A DNA stretch of 64,000 bases, taken from NCBI GenBank assembly GCA_964518875.1, contig CAZFHI010000008.1:1929-65928 (forward strand). Reading direction: 5' to 3'. This document shows positions 63,014-64,000 of this stretch, piece after piece (position 1 is the stretch's first letter; every line of letters starts with the position of its first letter). Both the position numbers and the translations under genes were made by a program. The stretch is from an uncultured Oscillospiraceae bacterium (lineage in GTDB: Bacteria > Bacillota > Clostridia > Christensenellales > Aristaeellaceae). Below the pieces are notes generated by a model. It saw nothing but the letters and a program-made list of their open reading frames with translations. It searched no databases and was not told the DNA's origin.

Positions 63014-64000
63014 TTATTCAGCTACTGTAAGCTGTAAATCCATTCTGTTCTCATAAGCTTCTTTTAGCGCTCCCAGAATATCGCCGTGAGCGTCTTTAAG
63101 TGACATAGTCGCAGAAGACGTTACGTCAGCAAGCATAGCCTTTTCTTCTTCAGAAAGAGCATCATACTTCGCCTGATCTTCTTCATTTTTCTGCTCCGGC
63201 TTAAGCGGACGGCCGTTTGAAGCTGCGTACTTGTTAAACCAGTCTTCAATTTCTTCCACTGTCTTTCCAGCAAAGAAATCCTGATAGGCGTCCATCTGGC
63301 TGCTCCATGTTCCTGTAGCAAGCTTGTAGCCTTCACCGCGTTCGCGCTTGGTAGCCCATGTTAATATTTTTTCGCTGAAGCTTTCTTCGGTTATCTCCGG
63401 CGCGCTTTCATCTACCTTGCCATCGTGATCAAGATCGCTGTTATAGGGTTCGCTTCCAGGATAACCTGAGAAGTGCGGCATTGAAGGGCCGTCATAGTTT
63501 GGAGAAGCAACTTCAAGCTGATCTATGTAAGAATCCAGCACTTTGCCATCCTTGTCAAATAAAAGCGCCGCGAATACTTCGTTAATGCTGTAAACCCTTG
63601 TACCAAGATCGTCCTTGCCAGGGCCAAGCCTGCCGGACGTATTTAAGCTGATGCCTATTGAAGAAGCGTTCTCAAGGTCCTTAAGAGGCACCCTGTTTTC
63701 ATATGCCTTGCGGTATGAGCCTATTATATCCCCATGCGGGTCCTTAAGAGACATAGTCGCAGAAGACGTTACATCCGCCAGCATCGCCTTTTCTTCATCA
63801 GACAGAGCGGCATACTTTTTGACGTCCTCTTCCTTTTCCATGGTTTCTACGAGCGGACGTCCGTTCAGATCTGAAGTATATTTGCTGAACCATTCTTCTA
63901 CTTCGTCTACGGTTTTCCCAACAAACGCTTTCTGGAAACCGTCCATCTCCTGTACCCATGTTCCTGAATTCATCTTATATGAATCGCCGCGCTCGCGCTT
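63014..64000 (-). CDS. 3' part of a gene for a modular repeat protein (216-aa repeat unit; FMN_bind-like motif in each unit). The gene continues beyond the window.
   Basis: The frame stays open to nt 64000 (KRERGDSYK precedes the track's Met at 63973). Two copies of GTW..M D..Q.F.GKTV.E.E.WF.KY...NGRPL....K.EED..KY.ALS.EEKAMLADVTSSATMSLKD.HGDI.G....AYENR lie 648 nt apart, and the KRERG..YK..(S/T)GTW junction also repeats. Confidence 0.55.
   Translation of the reverse strand, partial: KRERGDSYKMNSGTWVQEMDGFQKAFVGKTVDEVEEWFSKYTSDLNGRPLVETMEKEEDVKKYAALSDEEKAMLADVTSSATMSLKDPHGDIIGSYRKAYENRVPLKDLENASSIGISLNTSGRLGPGKDDLGTRVYSINEVFAALLFDKDGKVLDSYIDQLEVASPNYDGPSMPHFSGYPGSEPYNSDLDHDGKVDESAPEITEESFSEKILTWATKRERGEGYKLATGTWSSQMDAYQDFFAGKTVEEIEDWFNKYAASNGRPLKPEQKNEEDQAKYDALSEEEKAMLADVTSSATMSLKDAHGDILGALKEAYENRMDLQLTVAE

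Noticed and set aside
1-64000. Search for CRISPR arrays, tRNA/rRNA genes, IS elements, integrases, prophage or defence-island signatures
   Set aside because: There are no regularly spaced direct repeats and no tRNA-like conserved T-loop/acceptor patterns. I recognised no transposase, recombinase, nuclease-helicase or restriction-modification-like ORFs. The only nucleotide-level repeat found is the intragenic one at 63014-64000.

Overview
This 64-kb chromosomal segment looks like a Gram-positive, Clostridia-like anaerobe. The signs are strong GGAGG ribosome-binding sites, a CIRCE element, a SpoVK-like AAA+ gene, an L20-type attenuator before infC-rpmI-rplT, and the prmA-rsmE-mtaB gene order. 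I call about 60 protein-coding genes, roughly three quarters on the minus strand. I saw no rRNA, tRNA, CRISPR array, transposase, integrase or prophage signature. The housekeeping backbone is ftsK, an M16 peptidase, pnp, rpsO, rarA, nrdR, HIT-mtaB-rsmE-prmA, tsaD, prfB (no frameshift), secA, a DEAD-box helicase and infC-rpmI-rplT. Regulatory RNA and DNA elements visible by eye are a cobalamin riboswitch ahead of a corrinoid ABC importer, a perfect CIRCE operator on an hsp20 gene, an infC leader terminator with an apparent ATC start codon, several sigma-A-like promoters and many hairpin terminators. Five accessory loci carry the interest. (1) A partial gene at the right edge encodes 216-aa repeat modules, each carrying a DVTSSATMS motif that resembles an FMN_bind flavinylation site; it may be a multi-flavinylated extracytoplasmic protein. 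(2) Two secreted FMN_bind+FAD reductase paralogs are present. The second has divergent active-site signatures and a divergently transcribed Crp/Fnr regulator. (3) A five-gene plus-strand envelope cluster (27.0-32.3 kb) encodes a Gx-family membrane protein, a polytopic-membrane/acyltransferase fusion, a GT-C-like giant membrane protein, a 73-aa ORF and a GtrA-like protein, with no polyprenyl-phosphate glycosyltransferase. (4) A beta-lactamase-fold protein with four C-terminal TM helices shares an operon with an OmpR-type regulator, an intramembrane-sensing kinase and an AlkD-like gene. (5) Next to it lies an LnrJK/LnrLMN-like two-component system plus ABC-2 exporter. All family assignments come from motifs read by eye and from memory of the families. 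No database search was run.
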